Shown one piece after another: positions 46,473-55,520 of a stretch of DNA of 64,000 bases (the stretch's first letter is position 1; every line of letters begins with the position of its first letter). The DNA is from an uncultured Acidobacteriota bacterium. Its GTDB lineage: Bacteria; Acidobacteriota; Vicinamibacteria; Vicinamibacterales; UBA2999. The notes under the pieces are model-generated. The model searched no databases, was not told where the DNA came from, and saw only the letters and a list, made by a program, of their open reading frames with translations. Location: NCBI GenBank assembly GCA_963757735.1, contig CAVWST010000021.1, positions 88,373-152,372 on the forward strand, given 5' to 3'. The translations under genes were made by a program, and so were the position numbers.

Positions 46473-46556
46473 CAACGGTCGGCGGTTCTTTCAGGCTTAT
46501 CGGCTCGATTATACGGTTTGGCGAAGGATCCGGTCCCTTTCTGAGGGATTTCGTCA

Positions 46557-46584
46557 ACGTCGCATAACAAGCGTTATGTTAACT
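46557..46584 (+). other. dif-like XerC/XerD recombination site
   Basis: ACGTCGCATAA-CAAGCG-TTATGTTAACT, 11-6-11 architecture. The right arm matches the E. coli XerD arm TTATGTTAAAT at 10/11; the left arm shares CGCATAA with GGTGCGCATAA. Intergenic. Confidence 0.8.
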
Positions 46585-46751
46585 ATAGGAGATGCATGCG
46601 GACTCGATTCCGGCTCCCGGTCGGGTCGAGACACCATAATCGCCTCCACCTCTGCCCTCTGGAGGGATTCTCGTGTCCGCCGCAGACGCCCATGGCCCTC
46701 CCGGTCTGCGCCTACTCGAGGGTCTCGGCTGGGGGTTCCGCGAACTGGTTC

Positions 46752-47579
46752 TCAGCGACGCTTGCTGGCTTTCAGTTCTCGAATGATGTTCTCGAGCGCC
46801 TGGATGATTTCGTCCGGCTCGACCTTGCTCTTGCGGAAACTCAGTCGCAGGTCGAAAGCCTTCGTCGGTGGGCGGAACGCGAACACGTAGGACTTCGGCC
46901 GCCCAGCCTTGGCTTTGGCTGTCTCTTCACGCGCCGATTGACGCGTTACGGCGCCGTGGCCAGCCAACTTCTCGACCAGCGCAATCATTTTCTGCGGGTT
47001 GGCCTGTCTAACTACCTGAAGAAGCGTGGACTTAGCGCTAATGTCGGCCAGCCGACAAAGATTTCGGACCTCTTCGGGCATCGCCGTCAAAGACAGCGAC
47101 TCGGTGATCGAGGTTCGGGACTTTCCAAGCTTCCGAGCCAAGTCCTCGTGCGTGTGACCGCACCGGTCGGCCAATTGCTGTAACGCCTCGGCCTCTTCAA
47201 ACGCCGTCAGGTCTTTGCGCTGCAGGTTCTCCACCAGCGCCAGCTCCATAACCTCGGCGTCGTCCACCTCCCGGATGACCACCGGGACTTCGCGCAACCC
47301 GACCTGCACTGCGGCGTGGTATCGCCGTTCGCCAGCGATGATTTGATACCGGTTACCGCGTTGGCGGACGACCAGCGGTTCGATGATCCCTTTCTCGGCG
47401 ACCGAGGCCATCAACTCGGACAAGTCGCCCATGACTTGACGCGGCTGGTCGGGATTGGGATCGAGCAGATCGATGGCCACCATGCGGCCCACGGGCTCCC
47501 CCGCCGAACCCACGAGGGCCTCGACGTAGTGCTCGTCGTGGCGCATTCTCAGCGTTTCAGGCAGTCCTCGCTTCGGCAC
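46752..47579 (-). CDS. parB: ParB/Spo0J-family CTPase, non-canonical paralogue
   Basis: PNPDQPR, GIIEPLVVR, IIAGERRY, ALVENLQRKDL, HTH THEDLARKLGKSRTSITESL; lacks the GHARALL motif. Confidence 0.9.
   Translation of the reverse strand: MPKRGLPETLRMRHDEHYVEALVGSAGEPVGRMVAIDLLDPNPDQPRQVMGDLSELMASVAEKGIIEPLVVRQRGNRYQIIAGERRYHAAVQVGLREVPVVIREVDDAEVMELALVENLQRKDLTAFEEAEALQQLADRCGHTHEDLARKLGKSRTSITESLSLTAMPEEVRNLCRLADISAKSTLLQVVRQANPQKMIALVEKLAGHGAVTRQSAREETAKAKAGRPKSYVFAFRPPTKAFDLRLSFRKSKVEPDEIIQALENIIRELKASKRR
47042..47057. promoter_or_regulatory. 16-bp palindrome inside parB (candidate parS-like site)
   Basis: TGTCGGCCAGCCGACA, one mismatch from the perfect palindrome at 49858. Confidence 0.5.
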
Positions 47580-48336
47580 GCTCGATGACCTCCTCGCAGA
47601 GACTGTAGTAGTCCGTCGCGCCCGTGGACTCCGGCGCGAACGTAAAAATCGATTCTTTATAGGCGGGACTCTCCTCCAGGCGCACGCTCTTACTGATCAC
47701 GGTGCGGAAGACCTTCCCGCCAAACACCTTCTGGATCTGTTCCCGGATGTCCCGCGCCAGGGCGGTCCGCTTGTCGTGCATGGTGATCACGACGCCCAGG
47801 ATACGGAGGCCCGGATTCGGACGCTGTCTGACCTTCTCGATCGTCTCGAGCAAATCGTCCGTTCCTTCGAGCGCGAAGTAGGACGACTGAATCGGAATCA
47901 GGAGGTGCGTCGCGGCCACCAGGGCATTGACCGTCAGCAGCCCGAGAGCCGGCGGACAGTCGATGATGACGTGAGCGTAATCACTCCCCAGCTTATCGAG
48001 CTTGTCCTTCAATCGGAAGTGGGCGTCGAGCTCTCCCACCAATCTCGACTCGAGTTTGGCGAGGCCGATCCTCGCAGGTGCGACGAACAGGTTCTGAAGC
48101 GTCGCCGCCGGCTGGATGATTTGAGCGAGCTCGCACGCCGGATCGGCGATCGCGTCGTACATGCTGCGATCGATCGTGCCGTGGTCCAGGAACGAGATAC
48201 TGCTGTTCGCTTGGGGGTCGAGATCGATGAGGAGCGTCTTCCGTCCCCTCATGGCGAGCGCCGCGGCAAGATTCACGGCGGTGGTGGTCTTCCCCACGCC
48301 GCCTTTCTGATTGGCGATGGCGACGATCATCGGCAT
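47557..48336 (-). CDS. parA: ParA/Soj-family ATPase
   Basis: ANQKGGVGKTTT, IDLDPQAN, IDCPPALG, SVRLEESP. Confidence 0.93.
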   Translation of the reverse strand: MPMIVAIANQKGGVGKTTTAVNLAAALAMRGRKTLLIDLDPQANSSISFLDHGTIDRSMYDAIADPACELAQIIQPAATLQNLFVAPARIGLAKLESRLVGELDAHFRLKDKLDKLGSDYAHVIIDCPPALGLLTVNALVAATHLLIPIQSSYFALEGTDDLLETIEKVRQRPNPGLRILGVVITMHDKRTALARDIREQIQKVFGGKVFRTVISKSVRLEESPAYKESIFTFAPESTGATDYYSLCEEVIERAEARTA

Positions 48337-48455
48337 CCCGCCCCGAGGCAGGATTCATTGGAGCACGCGGTCTCGACACGCCTCCCCGAGAACCAGGTCG
48401 AGGCGATTGTCAGAAAATGGGCCACAGAGCGCAATTTCGGGAAAAGGGTGCGCCC

Positions 48456-48484
48456 ATTGTAGGGAGGGGGCGAAAGCGTGTCAA
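48456..48484 (-). promoter_or_regulatory. Sigma70-type promoter for parAB
   Basis: Minus-strand TTGACA-N17-TACAAT about 120 bp upstream of parA. Confidence 0.7.
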
Positions 48485-48494
48485 CCGACGCGCA

Positions 48495-48510
48495 CGTCGG
48501 CCGGCCGACA
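48495..48510. promoter_or_regulatory. 16-bp palindrome 10 bp upstream of the parAB -35 box (candidate parS-like site)
   Basis: CGTCGGCCGGCCGACA; the duplicate copy at 49856-49875 is a perfect 20-bp palindrome AATGTCGGCCGGCCGACATT. Confidence 0.5.
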
Positions 48511-49874
48511 TTTACATTTCATTTCTTGCCAAGTTACTCAGGATGAAGGACTTTCGAGCCACTTCTGGAGCCGCGCATTATCGGCAGGGTGGAGTCGGCC
48601 GTTGTGGCACTTTCGATGATTCGCCTCTTACATGCAGGATGGCAACGGCGTTCGCCCTTCCTTGGATTTGTTCCCGGTGTCCCGCCAAGGCGGAAGGCTA
48701 CCGGACCCTCTCGATCGCCTCTGGCAAATCGTCTGTTCCTTCGAGCGCGAAGTAGGACGACTGAATCGGAATTAGGAGTGCGTCGCGGCCGGGGTGCGAT
48801 CGATCGTGCCGTGGTCCAGGAACGAGTTACTACTGTTGGCTTAGGGGTCGAGATTGATGCGGCGTGTCTGCACGTCATGGCGAGCGCCGCGGCAAGATTC
48901 ACGGCCGCGGTGGTTCGAGCGCGAAGTAGGACGACTGAATTGGAATGAAGCGACTGAATTGGAATTAGGAAGTGCGCCGCGGCCGCCAGGGCGTTGACCG
49001 TAAGCAACCCGAGGGCCGGCGGACAACCGATGACCCCCGCGAGCGTCGTCACTTCCCCGGCCTTGTCGATCTCGTCCTTCAATCGGAAGTGCGCGTCGAG
49101 CCCTCCCACTTCTGCGACTCGAGTTTGGCGAGCGCGATGGATCGGCGATCGCGTCGTACTGCTGCGATCGATCGTCCCGTGCCGTGGTCCAGGAACGAGA
49201 CGTGGCTACTGGCTTTGGGGTCGAGTCATGGCGAGCGCCGCGGCAAGATTCACGGCCGTGGTTGGTCTTCCATACAACGCAGGAAGCGAAGGCGGGATCG
49301 TCTGTTCCTTCGAGCGCGAGTAGGACGACTGAATCGGAAAATCAAAGAGGTGCGCCGCGGCCACCAGGGCGTTGATCGTCAGCAGCCCGAGAGCTTGCGG
49401 ACAACCGATGACCCGCGAGCGTCGTCACTCCCCGGCCTTGTCGATTTCCTTCAATCGGAAGTGCGCGTCGAGCTCTCCCACCAATCTCGACTCGAGTTTG
49501 GCGAGGTCGATCCTCGCAGGTGCGACCAACAGGTTCTGAAGCGTCGCGGCCGGCTGGATGATGTGAGCGAGCTCCGCAGGCCGGATCGCGTCGTACCATG
49601 CTGCGACCGATCGTGTCGTGGGTCCAGGAACGAGATACGTTATCGGCTTGGGGGTCTTCCCCACGCCGCCTTTCTGATTGGCGATAGCGACGATCATCGG
49701 CATCCCGCTTCGAGGCGGGATTCATCGGAGCACGCGGTCTCGGCACGCCTCCTCGAGAGCCAGGTCAAGGCGGTTGTCAGAAAATGGACTACAGAGCGCA
49801 ATTCCAGAAAGGGTGCGCCCGTTGCGAGGAGGGCGAAAGCGTGTCAGCCGGCGACAATGTCGGCCGGCCGACAT
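48511..49874 (-). pseudogene. Stack of degenerate direct duplicates: DUF151 3' end, three partial parA copies and the parA upstream region
   Basis: 48511-~48655 resembles 49874-50020. ~48703-48915, ~48914-49270 and ~49297-49703 resemble parA 47830-48336 with many indels. 49704-49874 resembles 48337-48511. Confidence 0.8.
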
Positions 49875-50360
49875 TTACATCTTATATTTGCCAAGTTCCT
49901 CAGGATCAAGACTTTCGAGCCACTTCTGGAGCCGCTCATTATCGGCGGGTTCCGTCGTGAAGTCGGCCGTTCTGGCATTTTCGATGACCGCCTCTTCCAC
50001 CAAGATGGGCGACCGCGTTCGTAGCGCCAGGGCGATGGCGTCACTTGGACGAGCATCAACCGCCACAGGTTCTCCGCGAACCGTCAGGTGAATGATTGCG
50101 AAGTAAGTGTTGTCTTTGAGGTCGCTAACCACTACCCGCTCAACGCGCCCTTCGAGGTCCGTGATGATGTTCCGCAGGAGGTCGTGCGTCATCGGCCGCG
50201 GTGTGGAGACATTCTCGATCTGCAGCGCGATGGCATTGGCCTCCGGCACTCCAACCCAAATCGGCAACACCCGCTCGCCCTGCTTGTCCTTGAGGATGAC
50301 GATGGGCGTGCCCGCCATCGGGTCAACCATCAGGCCCTTGATGCTCATTTCAATCAGCAT
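49875..50360 (-). CDS. Bifunctional nuclease family protein (DUF151)
   Basis: LPIWVGVPEANAI, RPMTHDLL, DARPSDAIALALR. Confidence 0.92.
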   Translation of the reverse strand: MLIEMSIKGLMVDPMAGTPIVILKDKQGERVLPIWVGVPEANAIALQIENVSTPRPMTHDLLRNIITDLEGRVERVVVSDLKDNTYFAIIHLTVRGEPVAVDARPSDAIALALRTRSPILVEEAVIENARTADFTTEPADNERLQKWLESLDPEELGKYKM

Positions 50361-51743
50361 GACCGTGTCTCCGTGCTTGGGGCTACCCACGATATGGCCT
50401 CACCTGACAGACTGTGCGGCCCCGATCGAGTGATACGAACGGTGACGGTGCGCCCGATCCAGTCGGCCGCTGCGTCGCTGTGTGAAGTATCGGACGGCAT
50501 TGGCAGACTCACTACCGTATTGCCCGACGTCCGCCCTGACAATTCCTGGCTCCGTCTTCGGCTCGCCGAGTCCACAAGGACATCGAGTTGAGTCCCGAGC
50601 GCCTGCTCATAAAGCCGTGTCTGGATCGAACGCTGCAGTTCCTGGAGCGCCACGATGCGAATGGTCTTCTCCTCCACGCTCACATCGTCGGGCATTCGTT
50701 TCGACGCCAGCGTGTTGGGGCGAGGCGAGGTACTTGAATGAGAACATGCTGTGATACTGGGCCGCTTCGGTTAGCGAGAGCGTGTCGTCGAAGTCCTCTG
50801 CTGTCTCCCCCGGGAAGCCCACGATCACGTCAGTCGACAGCGTGACGCCTGGAATCGACTCCCGAATGCGGGCGATCAGGTCGAGATACTCCTCACGTGT
50901 ATGACGCCGCCGCATGGCTCGAAGGACTCTCGTCGACCCTGATTGAACGGGCAGGTGGAAGTGCTTGCAGACATGCGGCAGATCGCGAACAGCTTCGATC
51001 AGGCGGGTGCCGGTGTGCCGAGGATGAGGGCTGGCAAACCTGATTCGCTCGATTCCTGGAATCGCGTCGACCTCTGAGAGGAGCTGCGCGAAGTCGCATG
51101 CCGGATCGTCTGGGGCCGAGTAGTGATTCACGATTTGTCCGAGGAGCTGCACTTCCCGGCGGCCCGACGCAACCGCCTCTCGGACGTCGGCGAGGATGTC
51201 GGCCTTTGGACGCATGCGTTCGTGGCCCCTGGTATAAGGCACGACACAGAATGCGCAGTGGTCGTTGCACCCCTCGATGATGGTCACGTAGGCGCGCACG
51301 GGATCCGTCCGCCTCACCATCCCTAACGGGAAGCTCACGTCGTCCCAGGGATTGATGTCGACGAGTGGAAACGGCGATCGGGCGACGTCCTCGAGCATGA
51401 TCGGGAGCATCTTCAGGCGCTGGGTGCCCATCACGACGTCGATGACTTTCCCGTTGGTGTTCGAGAGGAGCGATTCTCCTTCCTGCTGTGCGACGCATCC
51501 GGCCACGGCGACAATCGGATTTCGACCGGTCTCCTGCTGCAGCACTCGAAGCTCGCCAAGGCGCGTGTAGAGCTTCTCTTCGGCGTGCTCCCGCACGCTG
51601 CACGTGTTGATGACGATCACGTCCGCGTCCTGATCGTCGGTCGTGGGCTCGTATCCCGCCTGGTCGAGCAACCCCGCCATGCGCTCCGAGTCGTGGACGT
51701 TCATCTGACAGCCGAACGTCTCAATGAGATATTTCCTGGCCAT
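50354..51743 (-). CDS. miaB: tRNA-2-methylthio-N6-dimethylallyladenosine synthase (apparent frameshift near 50730)
   Basis: TFGCQMNVHDSE, NTCSVRE, radical-SAM CNDHCAFC, HLPVQSGS, DVIVGFPGET; the TRAM domain is in ORF 50354-50695. Confidence 0.93.
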
Positions 51744-51745
51744 TG

Positions 51746-53413
51746 CTAGCGACTTTCGCTTTCGCCTTTCGCTTTCTGTTTACCCTTCGCCTCTATACCC
51801 AACATCAGTTTCGCGCTCGCTCGAACTGGCTCTGTGACTGTCCTTCCACTGATCATGCGGCTGATTTCCTCAATACGACCGGCTGCGTCCAGACGTTGAA
51901 CCTCGGTCACCGTCCGGCGACCGCGAATCGACTTCTCGAGATGGTAGTGCGTTGATGCGCGCGACGCGATCTGGGGAAGGTGCGTGATGCAGATCACCTG
52001 AAAGCGTCCGCCAAGCTGCTGAAGCTTGTGCCCCACCACTTCCGCGACCTCTCCGCCGATTCCCGCATCGACCTCATCGAAGATCAGCGTCTTCCCCGCC
52101 CCGCCCGCCACGGCCATGGTCTTCAGCGCGAGCATCATGCGCGACAACTCACCGCCTGAGACGATGCGCGCCAGGGGTCGCAAGTCCTCACCGACGTTCG
52201 GTGAGACGAAGAACTCAGCGTCATCAATCCCCCGCTCGGTCCACATCTCTTCGCCCGCCTCGTCCCCGTTGAACCGCACCTCGAATCGCGTTCGCGCCAT
52301 CGCCAGTTGCGCCAGGTGGCTCTCGATTTGCGAAGCAAAGGACTTCGCCGCCGCGCGACGACGACCTGAAAGCTCCCTCGCCAACGCGAGGTACTCCTGC
52401 CGCGCCTCCGCCAACGCCCGATCGAGATCCTCGGCGGCCTCTTCCGAGCGCGTCAACAGCTGACGCTCTCGGGTGAGGGCGGCCCCCGTCGCAATGACAT
52501 CCTGCAGCGTGGGACCGTACTTCCTCTTGAGGCGTTCAATCAGCGCAAGCCGATCTTCGACCTGCTGCAGCCGCGCGGGCGCCGCGTCGATCTCGTCGCT
52601 GTAGCGACGCAACAAGAAGGCCAGGTCTTCGAGCTGAGATTTGATCGCGTCGCGCGCCTCGAGCTGCGCGGCAAATTGCGGTTCGAGTGCCGCCAGCTCT
52701 CCCACTCGTTTCCAGACTTGAGCCAGCCCCGCCAGGACCGCCTGATCGCTTTCATACAGAGTGGAATACGACTCCTCGCACAGACGCCGTATGCGCTCGG
52801 CATTGGCGAGCACTTGTTTCAAGGTGGCGAGCTCCTCGTCTTCACCGGGCTTGAGGGCGGCCTTCTCGATCTCGCCCAACTGAAAGGCGATGAGATCGAG
52901 GCGCGCAGCTTTCTCGCGTCCATCCATGCGGGCTCGGTCGCGCTGTTCTCGCAGCGCCTTCATCGACGACCACGCGGCGGCTACTGGCGGAATCAGTGAA
53001 TCGAGACCGGATGACTCGTCAACGAGCGGAAGGTGAGAGAGGGGATCCAGAAGCGACTGGTGCTCGTGCTGGCCGTGCAGCTCGACCAGTCGGTCGGACA
53101 GTTCGCGAAGTCCCCCTGCGGTTGCGAGCGCTCCGTTGATGTACGACCGGCTTCGACCCTGGCTCGTCACCTCCCGACGGACGATGATCTCGCCGTCGGT
53201 GGGGTCTTCGAAGATGGCTTCGATCGTGGCTTGGACCTCGCCAGTCCGAACCAGATCGGCGGACGCACGTGCGCCGATGAGGAGACCAACTGCCTCGACA
53301 AGGATCGACTTCCCCGCTCCGGTCTCACCCGTGAGCACGTTGAAGCCCGGCTCGAGCTCGACCTCGACCGCCTCGATCACTGCAAGGTTGCGGATACGAA
53401 GCAGGCGCAGCAT
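51746..53413 (-). CDS. recN: DNA repair protein RecN
   Basis: LTGETGAGKS, HGQHEHQ, SGGELSR, FDEVDAGIGG, ITHLPQIA. Confidence 0.95.
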   Translation of the reverse strand: MLRLLRIRNLAVIEAVEVELEPGFNVLTGETGAGKSILVEAVGLLIGARASADLVRTGEVQATIEAIFEDPTDGEIIVRREVTSQGRSRSYINGALATAGGLRELSDRLVELHGQHEHQSLLDPLSHLPLVDESSGLDSLIPPVAAAWSSMKALREQRDRARMDGREKAARLDLIAFQLGEIEKAALKPGEDEELATLKQVLANAERIRRLCEESYSTLYESDQAVLAGLAQVWKRVGELAALEPQFAAQLEARDAIKSQLEDLAFLLRRYSDEIDAAPARLQQVEDRLALIERLKRKYGPTLQDVIATGAALTRERQLLTRSEEAAEDLDRALAEARQEYLALARELSGRRRAAAKSFASQIESHLAQLAMARTRFEVRFNGDEAGEEMWTERGIDDAEFFVSPNVGEDLRPLARIVSGGELSRMMLALKTMAVAGGAGKTLIFDEVDAGIGGEVAEVVGHKLQQLGGRFQVICITHLPQIASRASTHYHLEKSIRGRRTVTEVQRLDAAGRIEEISRMISGRTVTEPVRASAKLMLGIEAKGKQKAKGESESR

Positions 53414-53442
53414 GTAGACGGAACTTCCATCGTATCATATGT

Positions 53443-53471
53443 TTGACAGCCCTCAGGCGGCATGCTAGTCT
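53443..53471 (+). promoter_or_regulatory. Sigma70-type promoter for tol-pal
   Basis: TTGACA-N17-TAGTCT with extended TG, about 55 bp before tolQ. Confidence 0.6.
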
Positions 53472-53526
53472 GCGGTGTCTGCGCTGTCCCAGCGGCGCAT
53501 CCCCAAATCATGAACCGGAGGCTTCG

Positions 53527-54279
53527 TTGTATACGTTTGGCTCGTCCCTGCTTGCACTACAGGTGCAGGACGCTGCCCCGCCAGCTGGGAGCGGGGGCAT
53601 GTTGCAGATCCTGGCCGACTCAAGTCCACTCAGCCAGGTTGTCCTCGCGATTCTGATCGTGTTCTCGGTCGCCTCGTGGGCGATCATTCTGTTCAAGACA
53701 CTGTCCTATCGAGCCGTTGCGCGTCAGACCGCAACGTTCCTCGACGTATTTCGTCGCAGCCAGAAGTTTTCGGACGTGCAAGCCATCTGTCCGTCGCTTC
53801 CCGCGAGCCCGCTCGTCGGCGTCTTTCAGGCCGGCTATGCCGAGATCACAGCCCAGTTCCGTCTCACGGGACAGGCGGCAGGGAGTCCAGGCGCTGCGCC
53901 TTCTCGTCCAATCCTGAAGAGCCTTGAGGCGGTTGATCGCGCCCTGATTCGCGCCGCGACCTCCGAGGTGAACAAACTCGAACGGCGCCTGACGTTTCTC
54001 GCAACTACAGCAAGCGTCACGCCGTTCATCGGCCTCTTCGGAACCGTCGTCGGAATCACGCTCGCGTTCCAAAGAATCGGCGCCACGGGATCGACGAACC
54101 TTGCCGTCGTCGGCCCTGGCATCAGCGAGGCGCTCATTGCAACGGCGGCTGGACTGTTCGCGGCAATCCCAGCGGTGGTCTTTTACAACCACTTCGTGCA
54201 TCGAGTGAAAGACTTTTCGGCGGCGATGGACGATTTCGCGCTCGAGTTTCTCAATATTGCCGAGCGCAACTTCACCTAA
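53527..54279 (+). CDS. tolQ: TolQ (MotA/TolQ/ExbB family)
   Basis: TPFIGLFGTVVGI, PGISEALIATAAGLFAAIPAV; TTG start after GGAGG. Confidence 0.9.
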   Translation: MYTFGSSLLALQVQDAAPPAGSGGMLQILADSSPLSQVVLAILIVFSVASWAIILFKTLSYRAVARQTATFLDVFRRSQKFSDVQAICPSLPASPLVGVFQAGYAEITAQFRLTGQAAGSPGAAPSRPILKSLEAVDRALIRAATSEVNKLERRLTFLATTASVTPFIGLFGTVVGITLAFQRIGATGSTNLAVVGPGISEALIATAAGLFAAIPAVVFYNHFVHRVKDFSAAMDDFALEFLNIAERNFT

Positions 54280-54737
54280 TGCCTAAGGTCATTGCATCAG
54301 CTCCGAACGCCGGCGGTCGCCACCAGCGCGGCCGACGTGTGGGCTCGAGCCTCGCCGAGATCAACGTCATCCCACTCGTTGATGTAATGCTCGTCCTGCT
54401 CATCATTTTCATGGTCGCGGCCCCCATGTTGCAGAGAGGCGTCGAGGTAACTCTGCCGGTCGCGTCGCGGGCGAGCGACATCGCCAGCGAGCGAATCTTC
54501 GTCGACGTGCCGCTGTCATTCAGCAAGGACCGTCGAGTGTTTCTTGGAAAGGAATCGATCGGCCTCCAGGCGCTCCCTGAGCGCGTCCGGCAACTGATGC
54601 TCACACGCACGGACAAGCAGGTCTTCCTGCGCATCGACGGACGGCTCAACGTGCAACATCAGATGGATGTGTTCGACGAGCTCAAGTCTGGCGGAGTCAG
54701 AGACGTAGGCATCGTCACCGACGCTCCGAAGCAGTGA
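54279..54737 (+). CDS. tolR: TolR (ExbD/TolR family)
   Basis: EINVIPLVDVMLVLLIIFMV. Confidence 0.9.
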   Translation: MPKVIASAPNAGGRHQRGRRVGSSLAEINVIPLVDVMLVLLIIFMVAAPMLQRGVEVTLPVASRASDIASERIFVDVPLSFSKDRRVFLGKESIGLQALPERVRQLMLTRTDKQVFLRIDGRLNVQHQMDVFDELKSGGVRDVGIVTDAPKQ

Positions 54738-54744
54738 TCGTGAA

Positions 54745-55518
54745 ATGACCGAGACCGTCACCGACATCATCGTTGCGCGATCGCGGCAGTCCGAAGGACT
54801 GCAAGCGATGGTGCTCTGGTCGGCGGCCGGACACGTGCTGCTCATGGCCGCCCTTCTGCTTTCCGGAGGTAGGGTCATCGAGGATCGCCAGGAACCAGTG
54901 ATGACGATCAGCCTCGGTGGCGCACCGGGACCCAAGACGGGCGGGCTGACACAGACAGGCGCGCGCGCGGTGCAGGAGCAGGCGCCACCGGATGCTCCGC
55001 CGAAGCCCGTGCTGACGCCACCGGCACCCACCCCGCCGAAGATGACGCTGCCGGATCCTCAGGTCAAACCGCGACCCCAGCCAAAACCAACGACCGCGCC
55101 GCCAGAGGCGAATGCCAGAAAGACCAATACGGGCCCGCAACCAATTGACGGCAATGCGCGAGCTGAGACGGCCGTGGTGCGTGGACAGGGCTTCGGGTTG
55201 AGTTCCGCTGGCGGCGTCGGCGGTCCCGTTCAACTAGACGTCACCAACTTCTGCTGTCCTGATTACCTCGCGCAGATCGTGACCGTCATCCAGCGATCGT
55301 GGGACCAGAACCAGGGCGTAGTGGGATCCACGACCGTGAAATTCACGATCGCGCGCGACGGAACAATTCAGGCGACTCAGGTTGAGAGACCGAGCGGGTT
55401 CATCGCCCTCGACAACTCCGCGCTCCGCGCGGTGCAAATCACACGACTACCGCCATTGCCTGCTGCCTTTCAGAATCCGACGCTGACGGTTCACATGCGA
55501 TTCGACTATCAACGTTAA
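54745..55518 (+). CDS. TolA/TonB-like energy transducer
   Basis: TM with SxxxH, Pro-rich linker, TonB-C domain (FTIARDG, SG..LDNSALRAV). Confidence 0.85.
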   Translation: MTETVTDIIVARSRQSEGLQAMVLWSAAGHVLLMAALLLSGGRVIEDRQEPVMTISLGGAPGPKTGGLTQTGARAVQEQAPPDAPPKPVLTPPAPTPPKMTLPDPQVKPRPQPKPTTAPPEANARKTNTGPQPIDGNARAETAVVRGQGFGLSSAGGVGGPVQLDVTNFCCPDYLAQIVTVIQRSWDQNQGVVGSTTVKFTIARDGTIQATQVERPSGFIALDNSALRAVQITRLPPLPAAFQNPTLTVHMRFDYQR

Positions 55519-55520
55519 TC

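Noticed and set aside
48511-49874. Degenerate parA repeats as a diversity-generating retroelement or CRISPR-like array
   Set aside because: No reverse transcriptase or cas gene in the window; differences are indel-rich and not adenine-specific; there is no constant repeat-spacer period.
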